The notes under the pieces are model-generated. The model made no database searches. It worked only from the letters and a program-made list of their open reading frames with translations, and was not told where the DNA came from. Position numbers and translations under genes: made by a program. Shown here piece after piece: positions 38,794 to 52,674 of a stretch of 64,000 bases of DNA; the first letter of the stretch is position 1, and each line of letters opens with the position of its first letter. Source of the DNA: Spirogloea muscicola (Eukaryota); contig WELB01000007.1 in assembly GCA_009602725.1 (NCBI GenBank), positions 1,072,336 through 1,136,335 on the forward strand, in the 5' to 3' direction.

Positions 38794-40721
38794 TTAGAGC
38801 GTGAAGCGGAGGAACTGCACTAGGAGGTAAAGCAGAGCAATGACCAGGCCAATCTGGTACAGCTCGCTGTTGGGGTTATCCTGCTGGAAGAACTGCGCAA
38901 AACATCCGTGGTCAGCACTCTCACAGATCTGGCCAGCGGTTGTGAGGGATGCAGCTTGACATCAGTATTGAGTTGCAGGCGCAGGAGTAAGGGACAGAGG
39001 GACTGAGAGCTCTACTGACAAGTTCTGCATGAGCCCCAGGACACAGCTTCTGCCTCAAGACGAAAACCACCTCATAGGACGGTCATGACTGCACCTTACG
39101 GGGGTCGCCGGAAGGGTCGGGGTAAATGTTGGCACCCTCATCGCGGCCCTGATCCAGGAGCCTCGCTGCACCCTTCATGGCCTCGGACGCATCTCGGCCC
39201 TGCTCTGCGACTGTCCAAGCGAGGCGCGAAGACCAGAAGTACGCAGCGCCAGGGACGCTAGACCCGCTGAGGTCCCACTCATCGCGGTGCTCAACAACCT
39301 GCCCGCTGATCTGATTGAGCACAAATGTGGAGGTGATCGTCAACAGGAGCGGGCCGGCCACAAGGGACGCCGGCGGGAGCCTTGGCTTCCCCTGGACGCG
39401 CCACCGTATTGTTAGCTCGCTGGTGGTCCGCATCACCATCTGCAGCACCACCTATGAAATAACCACCAGCGCCCAGGAACTCTCAAAACTCGAGATTGGA
39501 TCTAGAAAGCCTGAAAGGCGACAGAGAAGAGCGTCGCGCTTGCATTTACCAACCTACAAATGCTGAACCGGTAGCTCTTGAATGTCAACCACTCTGCCTG
39601 CGTTCACTTCCGCAAATTTACCACTTGCGGATCGTCCAGGGCATTTTTGATCCAGGACGGGCGCTTGTACTTCTCCCGGCCCGTGAACGAGCGCAGAGGG
39701 TCCTGACATGCCACAGGAGCTGCAGGAATTAACTGGCTTGAGCATAGGGAGCATTGTGAGACATAGACCGTAAGGATGCCTGAAGGATGGCAGCTTGAGG
39801 GCTAACTTGTGCCCCTCATCCCATAGCAGCGAGTACATCTCGCCACTGTTGGTCCACTGGTTTCGATTGATGATTTGAGAGCCCCCAGAAGCCCTGCAAA
39901 GCCCGGGAGCTTGGCAGCCCAGTCCGAGCCGCACACCTTGTATTTGACAAAGACACCGAAGGAGTTGAGCAGCCGGCGGTCCTCTCTGATGTCAAGGATG
40001 TCTCGCGCCAGCTGCCGGGCCGTGCGCTCCACAGAAGGGCTGCTGATGCACTCGAACTCGTCGCAGAGCTGGCCGAACGACACCGAGTCCATAAGCCTGT
40101 CCACCTCTGGGTCGGCGCTAGTCGGCTTCACGGTCGCTGTGGTCAAGCCGCTGCCGCTGGGCGTGGCGACCTCCTCCTGCGACAGGCCGACGCCGGGGCT
40201 GGCGCCTCTCGAGCTCCCCTCGCCCTCCGGAGCGGCTGCGGCACGCACTTCTGCGGCACGTCCATCGACGCCATGGCCAATGCTCAATTGCCAGACTCAG
40301 CGACGACGACAATGGCCGTGTACTGGTACATTGGGCTTCGCTCCATGGGCCTGCAGGACGTCGTAACGGGTGGCACTTACCGATGCTGTCCCGCGGCGCG
40401 GCCGCAGGCGGCCTGGCCGGCACCTGCGGCAGCCGCGGACGCCACATGCAGCTGCGGGGCGACATGGGTGGCCCGTGGGCTCTGCCTGCGAGGCGGGTGT
40501 TCGCGTCAGGGCAAGGCTGCAAAGCATTCCCCGCGGCAGCGAGCGCGCGGCGAGCCTGGCAATGGCTCGTCTGCGGCCTCCAAAGCGGCGGCTGCTCGCT
40601 GCTGGCTGCAGCCCAAGTCCCTGCAGCTGCGACGGGCGAGGCCCCGGTCACCTGGCCAGCCGGGCCCGCAGGCGGCGGGTGCGGCGGCCCGACCGGGCGC
40701 TGTGGCGCGGGCCCGGAGCGA
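38794..40721 (-). CDS. Conserved DUF2358/NTF2-like protein with a C-terminal TM helix, probably plastid; start uncertain
   Basis: FGQLCDEFECISSPSVERTARQLARDI, DPLRSFTGREKYKR, STFVLNQISGQVVEHRDEWDLS, ending LYLLVQFLRFTL*. Confidence 0.75.
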
Positions 40722-41139
40722 NGCGGTGCCGGCGACGGCAGCGGCGGCAGCGGCGGCAGTGGCCGCGGCGGCGGCGGGGGACCCGGGGCCGATGACCAGT
40801 GGAGGATGGCGCTGCCGAAATTGGGAGAGACGGTGGCGGCCGACGTCGCGCAGCACCGTCTCGCCGCCGCTTGCTGTCGTCGGGAGGTGGCAGGGCGGAA
40901 GCATGCGACTGCTGAGGGGGGGAGACTGCCAGGCTCGCCCCACGCGGCATGTGGCTGCTCCCCCGTCAGCAGGCTGTTCCTGGTCCCCCAGCACGGCCGC
41001 GTTCCGGCCCCCCAACCCAGCTGGCCAGCCACCGCGCCCACGGTCGGGTGCCCCTCCTCTTTCCATTCCCCATTGGGCTGGCTTGTTCCACGGCTTCCTT
41101 GTGCAGCGCGCTTTCCGGCTTTCCGGCCCCTTCGACCTT

Positions 41140-42690
41140 GTTCATTCCTCTCGCACCGCGCGCATTCTCTCACGGGCTGGCTTCACAGCCCTCGTCGAAG
41201 AAGAAGAAGTGGCTCTCCCAATGGAAGCAAGGGCTGTGAGAAGCCAGCCCGAAAAGAATTGACGAGGTTCGAAGGGGCCAAACTACGAGCTAAGCAGCGA
41301 CTGCGGGGCCTCGTCACCTTAGGCTGGATCAGTTTCACAGCCATTGCCCCCTTTCCAGATGACTTTCTTTACTTTGTCCACGCATTTTCGGGCTCGCCTT
41401 TCACATCCCTCGCCCCCTTTGGATGAGCTTACTTCCTCGCCCCCTTTGGGAGAGAGCTTACTTCCTATTCCCTCCTGATCCCTCGTAACTACTAAGCGGT
41501 CCATCCTCCCCCGTTCTGCCATAGCCTCTTCAGGCCCCGCAGTCGCTGCTTAGCTCGTAGTTTGGCCCCTTCGAACCTTGTCAATTCTTGTCGGGCTGGC
41601 TTCTCACAGCCCTTGCCCCCATTGGGAGAGCCACTTCTTCCTGAGCAGGCGGCCTACCTTTCAGCTCAGTACCGTGGGTACTGAGCTTCCTTCTGCATCG
41701 TCTCGTGTCTACTTGTGTAAGTTTTCTTTTCGGCTCCTCTTTGGCTTTTAATGATTGTCCATTCTTTTGTGGGCTGGCTTTGCTAGCCCCTCTTCTCTAT
41801 GGGCGCGAAATCTCTTTTGTGGGTGTGCTTGCCTCTTTGTACTTGGCTGCTCTGGCTATCTGTTATTCAGAATTCACGGTCTCCCATGTCACCCATCAAG
41901 GACCAGCAACCTCTCTCTTGCCGTCCGTGCCTCTGCACCGGCCACCTCTGGCTTCTCCCCCTCCGCTGGTCGCTCGGGCCCAACCTGTGGCTCGTCTGGC
42001 TGCCACGGCTGCAGTCAACAGCGGGTTTGGGAGCTCCGGACGCTTGCCCATCGCAGCATGCTCCTTGTCTTTGGCATTCTTTTGCCTTTCGCATGCAGGG
42101 TGTACTGGCTCGGCTCAGCCTCAATCGTCAAGCGCAACGCGCACCTTATCTGATTGCTGCTGCCAGCGGCGTCACGCACCATCAACTTTGGGGCTCTGGT
42201 GTCAAGCACCACTGCGGCACTGAATCACAATAATTTCATCCAATTGCTTGCCAATGCCGGCTCGCTCGGCAGCTCGGTCGCTGGCTTGTTTGGTGGCTCG
42301 CTCGACTGCTCTGTCTTGTGGTTGGCCCTTTGTTCATTCTTTCTCTTGGGCTGGCCGATCACAGCCATCGCCCTCTACTACGGGCGAGCCCTTTCTTTCT
42401 ACTGGAAGAGCCTTTCTTTCTTCCTCTGCAGCCCTTCAGCCCTTTCGAATCAAAGAGCTGCTGCTTCTCCTTCACTGCGATCGGCCCGTCGTGGGCAGAC
42501 TTGTTATTGACAACTTGTTATTGACAGGCGTCTATTTGTCACTGTCTTCGGGCTGGCCTAGAAGGGCGCCCACCGCTCGGAATAGCGCTTTTCACCATCA
42601 TTCTTTGCGTCGGGTCTGACGAGCCCACGCCTCGCGAGCCTAGAAGCGTTCACTTTTCTCCCTTTCAATTCATGCGCCCCGCGCGCCTTC
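41140..42690. mobile_element. Cluster of retrotransposon 3'-end remnants of the same CRE-like family
   Basis: Near-identical ~109 bp copies in opposite orientation (41203-41311, 41532-41640); RGY* plus 3' UTR at ~41672-41810; further termini at ~42320-42395 and 42669-42690. Confidence 0.75.
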
Positions 42691-42795
42691 TCTCTCTTTT
42701 TGCTGCAGGTCCTGTGATCTCCGGGCTGCCCCTCTCGCATCCCCGCGCCGCGGGCCCGCCCCCGCAGGGGGGCGGCGGCCCCGGCCCGCCGCGCC

Positions 42796-44032
<1,237 letters not shown>

Positions 44033-44799
44033 CACTTTTATGCACCAGACAGGGAGAGAGCCTCTCTGTAAAAATTCCCGCCTTGAAGTATTATAAACAT
44101 CTTGCCGTTACCGCCTTAGACAACCCCTTCCTCCTCCAAGGCAGCTCACGTATGTGTTTGAGAAATTCATTTATTTGTTGTACTGCTCATTTAGGTCAGG
44201 TGATGTCATCATGTTCATAGTATCAACCCTGTGCATTCCTCTCATCAGCGGCTTCGCAATGCTCTCAGTGTGGAGGCAGCAGGCGGCTGAAACAGTTGCT
44301 CTGCGATGGCTATGTTCATGCACCTGCTTGTAACAGGTCTTGGAGAGAATCAAAACATACAGCTTCCGTGAGCGGGTGCTGTGATGATGAAGTAGTGCAG
44401 CTGGCCTGATGACAAATCATTAGAGGTTGGTATTCTGTCAGGCACCTGGCAGGTCCGACCCCTGGGTGTCCCGAGTGGAGCGCTGGACCTCCAGCAGCTT
44501 TCCACTGGTGAAAGATCAGAGTGGAAGGCGTTGGTATGATGCGCCCAGTGGCTGGTCAAGGCAGTCATGGGGGGGGGCCAGGTAGGGGCCCAGCAGTCGC
44601 CTTGCTATTACAGCTTCCGAGGTGTGAAGTAGAAAATATTCAAAGAGGAGGCGGTGACTGTGAAGGCCAGCCTTTGGCCAGCCTAATAACAGAGAGCACT
44701 TCGAAAGGGGTCGATGATGGCTGTGGAAGTCCAGCCCACGTAAAGGTGAAGGTAGAGGTCGAGGGGGAGAAATCTACAGGAGCATGTATTAAGAAGAAT

Positions 44800-45359
44800 G
44801 CTCGCCCATAGAGAAGAGGCGCTGGGAAAGGCCATCCCAAACAGAATGGACAAGATCCAAAGAGCCAAATGGTGCCGAAGAAGTAAAACTACACGGAGAG
44901 ACACGAGACGACGCAGATAGAGCTTAGTACCCACGAATGAGCAGCAGCAAGTCCGAGTAACTCGCGGCTGGGAAAGAGACATTCCCCCTAGATCCAGTTG
45001 CAGCAGCCATTTGGCAGAGACAGAGTGTCTGCCAAGAACAGCCGCTCAGTAGCTCCTAATCGACAGCCGCAAGATGAGTCGACTATCATCGCCCCTAGCT
45101 GGACGACCTCGCGTCCCCCTCGTTTCTCTTTCCCTCCTGCTTCTTCAACCATACCTACTTCAGGAAATCAGTGGACATCTCTCTTTGCCTTGTTGATAGG
45201 CGCCGCCTGCTCGCGGAAGCGCCACTCCCCTCACCATGTTTTCTTAGTTCTCTTAGCATAGGGCTTCGTTCCATGTAGCCCCATTTTGCACTGGTTTTGC
45301 CGATACAGTCTATCGGCTTAAATAGGCCACCCTTTTCATTTCGCGCACCGCGCGCCTTC
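44800..45359. mobile_element. CRE-like retrotransposon 3' remnants: - copy at ~44800-45010, + copy at ~45230-45359
   Basis: TTAGTACCCACG (reverse complement of RGY*) plus the shared 3' UTR; the second piece ends GCGCACCGCGCGCCTTC. Confidence 0.7.
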
Positions 45360-45684
45360 TCTCCTCCTGGGCCCCCTGCTTGGCCGCCGCCCGTAGTGTC
45401 GATCGAGGGCCGTCGATCCGACTCAAACCTGCCCGATCCGGCCGTCGATCTGCCGCGGCCGGAGGTGCAGCTGCCCACCGGGGTTTAGTGGGGGTGGACA
45501 TCATCTGCCAGGGGTCACGGAGGTCCTTAAACCCTCGAAGCCCTCTGCCACAGCGCGACCTCCCGGCGCCCTCCCACCACCGCCGCCCTCCCGCTGCGCG
45601 CCTGCTGCCGCCGTCGCGACCTTGCTCCGGCCCTCCGGCCTCCTCGGCGGCGCCTCCGGGCGCGCACCCGCAGGAGCCGCCGCC

Positions 45685-46757
<1,073 letters not shown>

Positions 46758-47799
46758 GCGGCAGGCTCAGCCATTCTCGAACAGGCAGGATGCCCTGAAG
46801 GAAAGAAAGGTTGAGAGAGGGATGGTGGATTGGCTTACTGAGCAACCCCTGCATTAGATCAGGTTGGCGCAGTGCTCCTTCACAAGACATCAATTGAGCA
46901 AGCTTCAAAGTGCAGTCTGTTCATTATGTGCTAGGCACACAGGTTACTCGAACGTCCTCTACAGCCCTTGACCACCTTCGCACATGGTCTTCTTGACGAT
47001 GTGTGTACAACAAGGAGGATGTTTTGCAGTGCAAGCATGTCACAGGGCGCTGGGAGGCAGTGCCCGTTGTTGAGTTGGTGGAGCTAGCACAGTACATCAT
47101 AGTAGTATATACTTGTGCAAGCTCTGGCGAGAGGAGAAAATGCGCCTCAGCATCCGTGGAAGTTCACAGGTGGTCTTAGCTAAGTACGTCTTCTGTGCAG
47201 CATTTCTCAAGTCGACGCCTTAGTAGATGCAGACAAGTTGGAAAAGGCTGTGTGAGCATGTCAAGGTCTCCTATCTCTTCGATCACGTGTATATTGATAG
47301 TAGTAACCAAGGACCTGTCAATGTCGGCCACTCGACTCAATTGTAATGTCAGTCCCTGGCAACCCGGGAAAAGTACTCCAAAGGCCGGCCGTTGGAGTAT
47401 TTTGACACAGTACTGGCCATTTTCGTTGACATCATCAACAACAATGATTCGTCAAGTTGGAAATAGTTGTTGCCGAGAAGGAGGCAAAATGCAGACACCA
47501 TTTAATGGCGTCTTAAGGCTACAGCCCTTGTGAACCCTGAGTAATGGGAGGGGGCTGTCGTAAGAGAGGCAGGTCCATTCCGTGTCTGTACATATGGGCC
47601 GGATGGATCCAAGATGTCAACGGATAGGATTCCAGCAGGCTTGAAGCACCCCTTCCTGCCACAGGTTTGTGTATCTTGCCTTGGGATGTGCAGTGAGGTG
47701 AGGGATTACCCAGCGCTTGACACAAGAGAGGACATCTTGGCATCCATGTGATGGCGTGATCTGCGCAAACGGCTGTCGTTGAGGCCGCATGTATGCAAT

Positions 47800-50700
47800 C
47801 TACCCTTTCAAGAGAGAGGCTCCTGACAAGAAGACAGGCTCTGCAGCTTCAGGGTTCATAACGCCTCCGGCTGTGTTGTCCACTTCGGGGAGTTCGGAGG
47901 CTGTCATGGGCGCCTTCTCTGGATCTTCTGCTTCCGCCTTTGGTTTGAAAGCTGCAGCAGGAGTGCTCCGCGCTGCGTCAGCCTGCAAGAACGGAAATCC
48001 ATGTGTCTTGAGTATCATGACCTTTGCCTGGTCAAGCACAAGCAAAGCCTTTCCTGAACCCTACTTCACTAAGCCCTACTTCCAAGTAGTCAAGGAAGCC
48101 CTGCATCAACAAATAGCTCAATAAGCTTCTACCTCTGATAAATCTTGTGACATTCACAAGCACAGCCTTGACCTGACTGTATTGTCAAACCATTAAGGGA
48201 GTCCGCATGCACAGGGAGCCTAGGAACTGTGAGGGGTGGTGCGTTCTGTGCACTTCATTGCTCCTGTTGAGGATGTCAGCCAGAGTGCGACTCTCATCGT
48301 ATGCCGAGGTGTCGGCACTCGGTATGTGTCCTGCAGCCCCGTAGCTGTTCACATTGGAAGGCGTTGTACCCTCGGCTTCCTTCTGCATCTTCTTCTCCAT
48401 CCTTGCAGCCTTTCTATCCGCTTTCTTCTGCAGCTGCAGCATTGCTTTGGCATCCGCTGCTTCTTGCCGGGTCCTGCGCAGGCAAATGGAATCAGGCAGG
48501 TGGGATGTCCACGGAAGCGACAGCAGTCTGACAAGCCTGATGCTCCTTATGATGGGTACAAACAGAAGAGGCAAATATTGGTCATACTCATGTAGAGATG
48601 CACCACAACAACACTTGCAAAGTCCAGGCAGCTACCGCAGTTGGCGTGCCATTGCAGCGTGCGCAAAGCCATCTCTGTTCGAGAAAAGGAGGCCGTGCAG
48701 AATCCGACCATCAATGTTGGCCTCTACGCAGTAGCCCGCGTGAAATACATTTGTAATCTTGGCATCAAATGGCTTGGTAACACCCACTTTGACATCTGCT
48801 CGACTGTGGGCATCTGCAGATTACGAGAATGACACATCAATTCTGAACCAAGAAATGCCATCGTTGCAATGCAGCTCAAGCCAGCCTGGCCTGTCATGTA
48901 ATTTTCCAGGGTGGCGCAACTTGTCGACCACTCCAGCACAAGAAGCTCTCTATGTGCTTGCTCAAGCTTGGAGCTTTTACCCTCCTAGAACCAAAATAAA
49001 AGCAACAAAACTAAATTCCTAGTCGTGCTAGGCTACTGATGAAATATAAGCACGGTACATGGGTGGCCAATTTGTGCAGTGAAGTTGAGGCACACCAGCT
49101 GGAGCAGACATTGCAGCTCGCAGGCGCTTCACGCCTCGACGCTTCCCCTCAAAATCCATGCCCTCGTGATTTGCCATATTGCGTTTGAGGTCTCGTCTGA
49201 TGATGAACTTTCTCTCCCGCTTGAGTCGCTGAATCTCCGTCTTCTCCACGTGCAAACCTGATGGACACAGCAATTTGCTAAGACCATTGGTCTGTAGGAA
49301 CTGACTCCATCAATGTGAACGTTGACAGTGACCCCAGGAAAGTTGCTATCACACAACAAGCTGCTCATTGCATAGCTCTTACTGCCAGTTTGTTTTGATA
49401 CCACCTGTCCTTGAAAAGAGAGGAGGCCAGTTAGAGTCGTGGCTCAAGTACCGATCTACGAGGCCATGCGCTGCTTAGGCACAAGCAGACGGCCAGCATG
49501 AAGATGGAGCAGAAGTGCAGCAGCACACACCCGTTTCCAAGTAGTACATGTCGTCGAGAGCCTCTAAAGTGTCATTGCAGCCCCCGTACAGGAGCACCCG
49601 GCCTCGAGCCACATCGACACAATCGGCAGCAAGCGAGAAGCGCGGGCTTGGCTGGGGCCCGTCTGTGATGCACCTCTGCGACACCCCCGTCCCTGCTCCT
49701 CCAGCAATCACAAGGAACCTTGCTCTCAGACAGAAGCAACAGTACTCACGTGCAAAAGCACAATGGCACTTACTAAGGTGTTTGAGCGCAATCTCTCAAA
49801 AGATCCCCATGCCCGGCAGGCCCATCCAGCATCGGACGGTAACATCGTAGGCAAGGACTCACACCCTCACCTAGGTCTAAGACGTGTAAGTCGTTGAAGA
49901 GCCTCCGCTCGTCTGTGAAGCCCCCAAACACAAGGAGGTGCTTTCCAACAACAACAGCCGAATGCCCTGCTCGTGGCGCCGGGATGTCGCCACTAACCTC
50001 CACCATGCTCCAACTTCCGGCCTCTGAGTCAGGAGGAATTTAAGCAGAAATGAAGGTACTGAGCAAAGTCCCGAATAGGAGGCAGCTTGCTATCTGCACA
50101 ATCAAAATGCAAGGCTCCTTCCATCCCTCTTGAAGATATGCTCAACCCTACGTTACCACAATGTGTTAGTCAAGTAAGGTGGAGATCGAGGGATGACCCC
50201 CTGACTGGTACTTTTGCTGTGGAGGCCTTCACCATGTAGAAAACAAGAGACAACAGCAAAGACCGCCGCCCTTGGCTAGATGAGCAGACAGCCGTCATTT
50301 GATGGAATAGGCAGCAATGCAAGCTCACCCGTATCAAACAGCCAGACGTCGTTGAGGTACGAGTTCTGAAAGTCCTCGCCGCCCATCACGACAAGGTACT
50401 TGCCCCAGGAGTTGCAGGTGTGGCTGTCTCTTGGTGCTGGCAGCATTCCTTTCGGAGTGGCCTTAGTCCACGTAACAGTCTCTGCACACGAGCCAAAGTA
50501 GAGTTAGACAGGTACCTTGAGTAGCAAGGACTATCCCCGTGCTATGCTCCGTCAGCTGCTGCGCGTGCAACACACGCAGCATTGATACCAGTGTCAAGAA
50601 TGTGGATGTCGTTGAAGTATGTGTCGTCGGAGCCGGCTCCAGCCTTCCCGCAGCCTCCGAAGACGTAGATGCGCTGGCCAATCAACGCAGCACAGTGGCC

Positions 50701-51511
50701 CTCTCGGGGCGCCGGCGGCGTCCCTTGCGGCAGCGGCTGGGACCAGGTGTTGTTGGCTTCGGCACAGCAAAGGAGAATGCAGCATGCGCAGGTGTTGGAG
50801 AGGCTCGTTTTGTCACAGTGCGAGGCCCCCAATGCAGCATGCATTGCCGTGGCGGCGCAGGACCACGCATTCTGGTCCAAGGCGCGAGGTGACACGGGGA
50901 CGGCTGCTCCACCGAGCTCGTCTCGAGCGCTGCTGCGAGTGGCAAGACGTCGGCTGCGCGCATGCGGGAGGAGAGGCGCGCTGCTCACTGGTGTCGAGGA
51001 TGTAGAGGTCGGAGAGCGCGGTGTGGCCGTCGGTGCCGCCCATGATGAAGAGCCGGAGGCCGACGGTGGTGCACGTGTGGCTGTCCCGCGGGATCGGCGG
51101 GTCGCCCTTGAGGATCGGGCGGCTCCACGCCTGCTTCCCTGCGCGACCGCCGCCGGCGGCGGCGGCGGCGGCGGACCCGTCGTCAGCGAGCTGGCACAGC
51201 AAAGCCATGGCCGACGGCGGTTCCACCGGCGGCGGCAGTTTCGGGGGCAGCCTTGCCATGCCTATCCCGGAGACGGAGAGGCCGTCGCTACCGGTGTCGA
51301 AGATGTGGACGTCGTTGGTCTGCTTCTCGTCCTTGCCGTAGCCGCCGAAGGCGTAGGCCAGGCGGCCGTTGCGCAGCGCGTTGCACGTGTGGCCCCACCT
51401 GCGGCCCGGCCCGGTGGCGCCGCCCTTGCGCCCGGGCGTCTTCTTCCCGTCCGGCGTCAGCGCCGGCCGCAGCCGCAGCTCCACGGCCGTCCAGCGCATC
51501 ACCACGCCCAT
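47800..51511 (-). CDS. Kelch-repeat (galactose oxidase/kelch superfamily) protein with a plant-type C-terminal domain
   Basis: Six kelch blades (PGRRWGHTC, PIPRDSHTC, PAPREGHCA, PAPRDSHTC, PAPRAGHSA, PSPRFSLAA) and FDAKITNVFHAGYCVEANIDGRILHGLLF. Last exon is less certain. Confidence 0.85.
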
Positions 51512-51896
51512 GGCGGCGGCGGCGGCGGCGGCGGCGGCGGGGTGGGGTGAGGCGGCCTGCAGGAAACCGTGCGCAAATGGGGAGGGGGGGGCGGGCGGCG
51601 GAGTGGGCGCGGAGGCTGGAGACGGCGCCAGACGGCATTGGCGTCGTTAGCCCCATCTAGGCGGAGCGGCGCTCGTTTGAGACCGGGAGGCCCCTTCCGC
51701 CGGTGGGGAAGAAGGAGGCCCCCCACGCCGGAGATACCGGCGGCTCGTCCAAGCCCGCCGCTTTGCCCACGGAACGGCGCCCCGACGACGCGGAGCCGTC
51801 CCCGTCCCGTCGGGCTGCTCCCGCTTCCCGAGCCTGCAGTCGCTGCGCCAGCAGCCATTGTCAGCCCCCACCGCTTGCGCCCGCGCCAGCGCCGCC

Positions 51897-52247
51897 ATGG
51901 NCTGCGCGTCGCCTCAGCGAGGCCTGCGGCAGCGGCGCCCGCCGCCGGCGCCGGCTCCAGCCGCCAGGGCCGACGGCGAGCTCCTGCGCCTGCAGGCAGG
52001 TGCGCGCGAGTACGAGCTGCTGGCCATGATGAACGCCCGTGCGGAGGCGGAGTACGCCCACCTCGGCGACCTCGCCACTGGCCTGTGCGTGTTCGTGGAG
52101 CGCCTCAAGGTCAGGAACGGCCTGCTGGACGCCCACCTGCGCCAGATCGACGACATCGACCGCCAGGTAACGCAGCTCGAGGCCATTGCCTCCACACTTG
52201 ACGCGCACACCACGGCCCTGGAGGCCAGGCTCAAGGCCACCGGCTAA
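51897..52247 (+). CDS. BLOS2: BLOC-1 complex subunit 2-like
   Basis: ELLAMMNARAEAEYAHLGDLATGLCVFVERLK..QIDDIDRQVTQLEAIASTLDAHTTALEARL coiled coil. The 5' part is disturbed by an N at 51901. Confidence 0.8.
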   Translation: MXCASPQRGLRQRRPPPAPAPAARADGELLRLQAGAREYELLAMMNARAEAEYAHLGDLATGLCVFVERLKVRNGLLDAHLRQIDDIDRQVTQLEAIASTLDAHTTALEARLKATG

Positions 52248-52674
52248 CAACAGTCCACTCAAACTTGACTACTCCTGGGCCACCTCGCATATGCGCTGGT
52301 AGTTCATGGCTCTAACGCGCTCCAGGTTGGGGCTTGCGCTCGGGTATGAAGTGAGTTTTGCAACTTGACTACCATCTGTATGAGAATATGAGTTCACTTT
52401 GTGATATAATATGGCTGTACTTTGATGTTACTGCCATGCTGGATGCCGCTGCCTCCAATGGGCCTTATGCTGCGCTATGCATGCGTCTCCGTCTTCTTGG
52501 CTGTTCCTCCTCAGCCATCTGTAAGGTATTCGTGCTACGGCCATCCTTGCTAAGATCAGGAGTTGAGAAGCTAGACAAGAACATCAATGACGCCGCTGAG
52601 CATTTTGCATCACCAAAGTTTTCGTTGATTGGCTGTCATACACATAGCACGCAGCTGTACAAGGAGCGATGTGC

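Noticed and set aside
40118..41426. Several overlapping ORFs of more than 300 aa (similar cases at 7.4-8.5, 15.9-17 and 50.7-52.2 kb)
   Set aside because: Stop-poor GC-rich islands, often spanning Ns, with low-complexity Ala/Arg/Pro/Gly translations and no family motifs.
41203..41640. MITE with 109-bp TIRs
   Set aside because: No TSD around the pair; the left arm has its own TSD and tail, and the arm sequence occurs singly elsewhere.
44378..44445. Possible box C/D snoRNA (TGATGA...CTGA)
   Set aside because: No terminal D box at a suitable distance, no closing stem and no recognisable rRNA guide.
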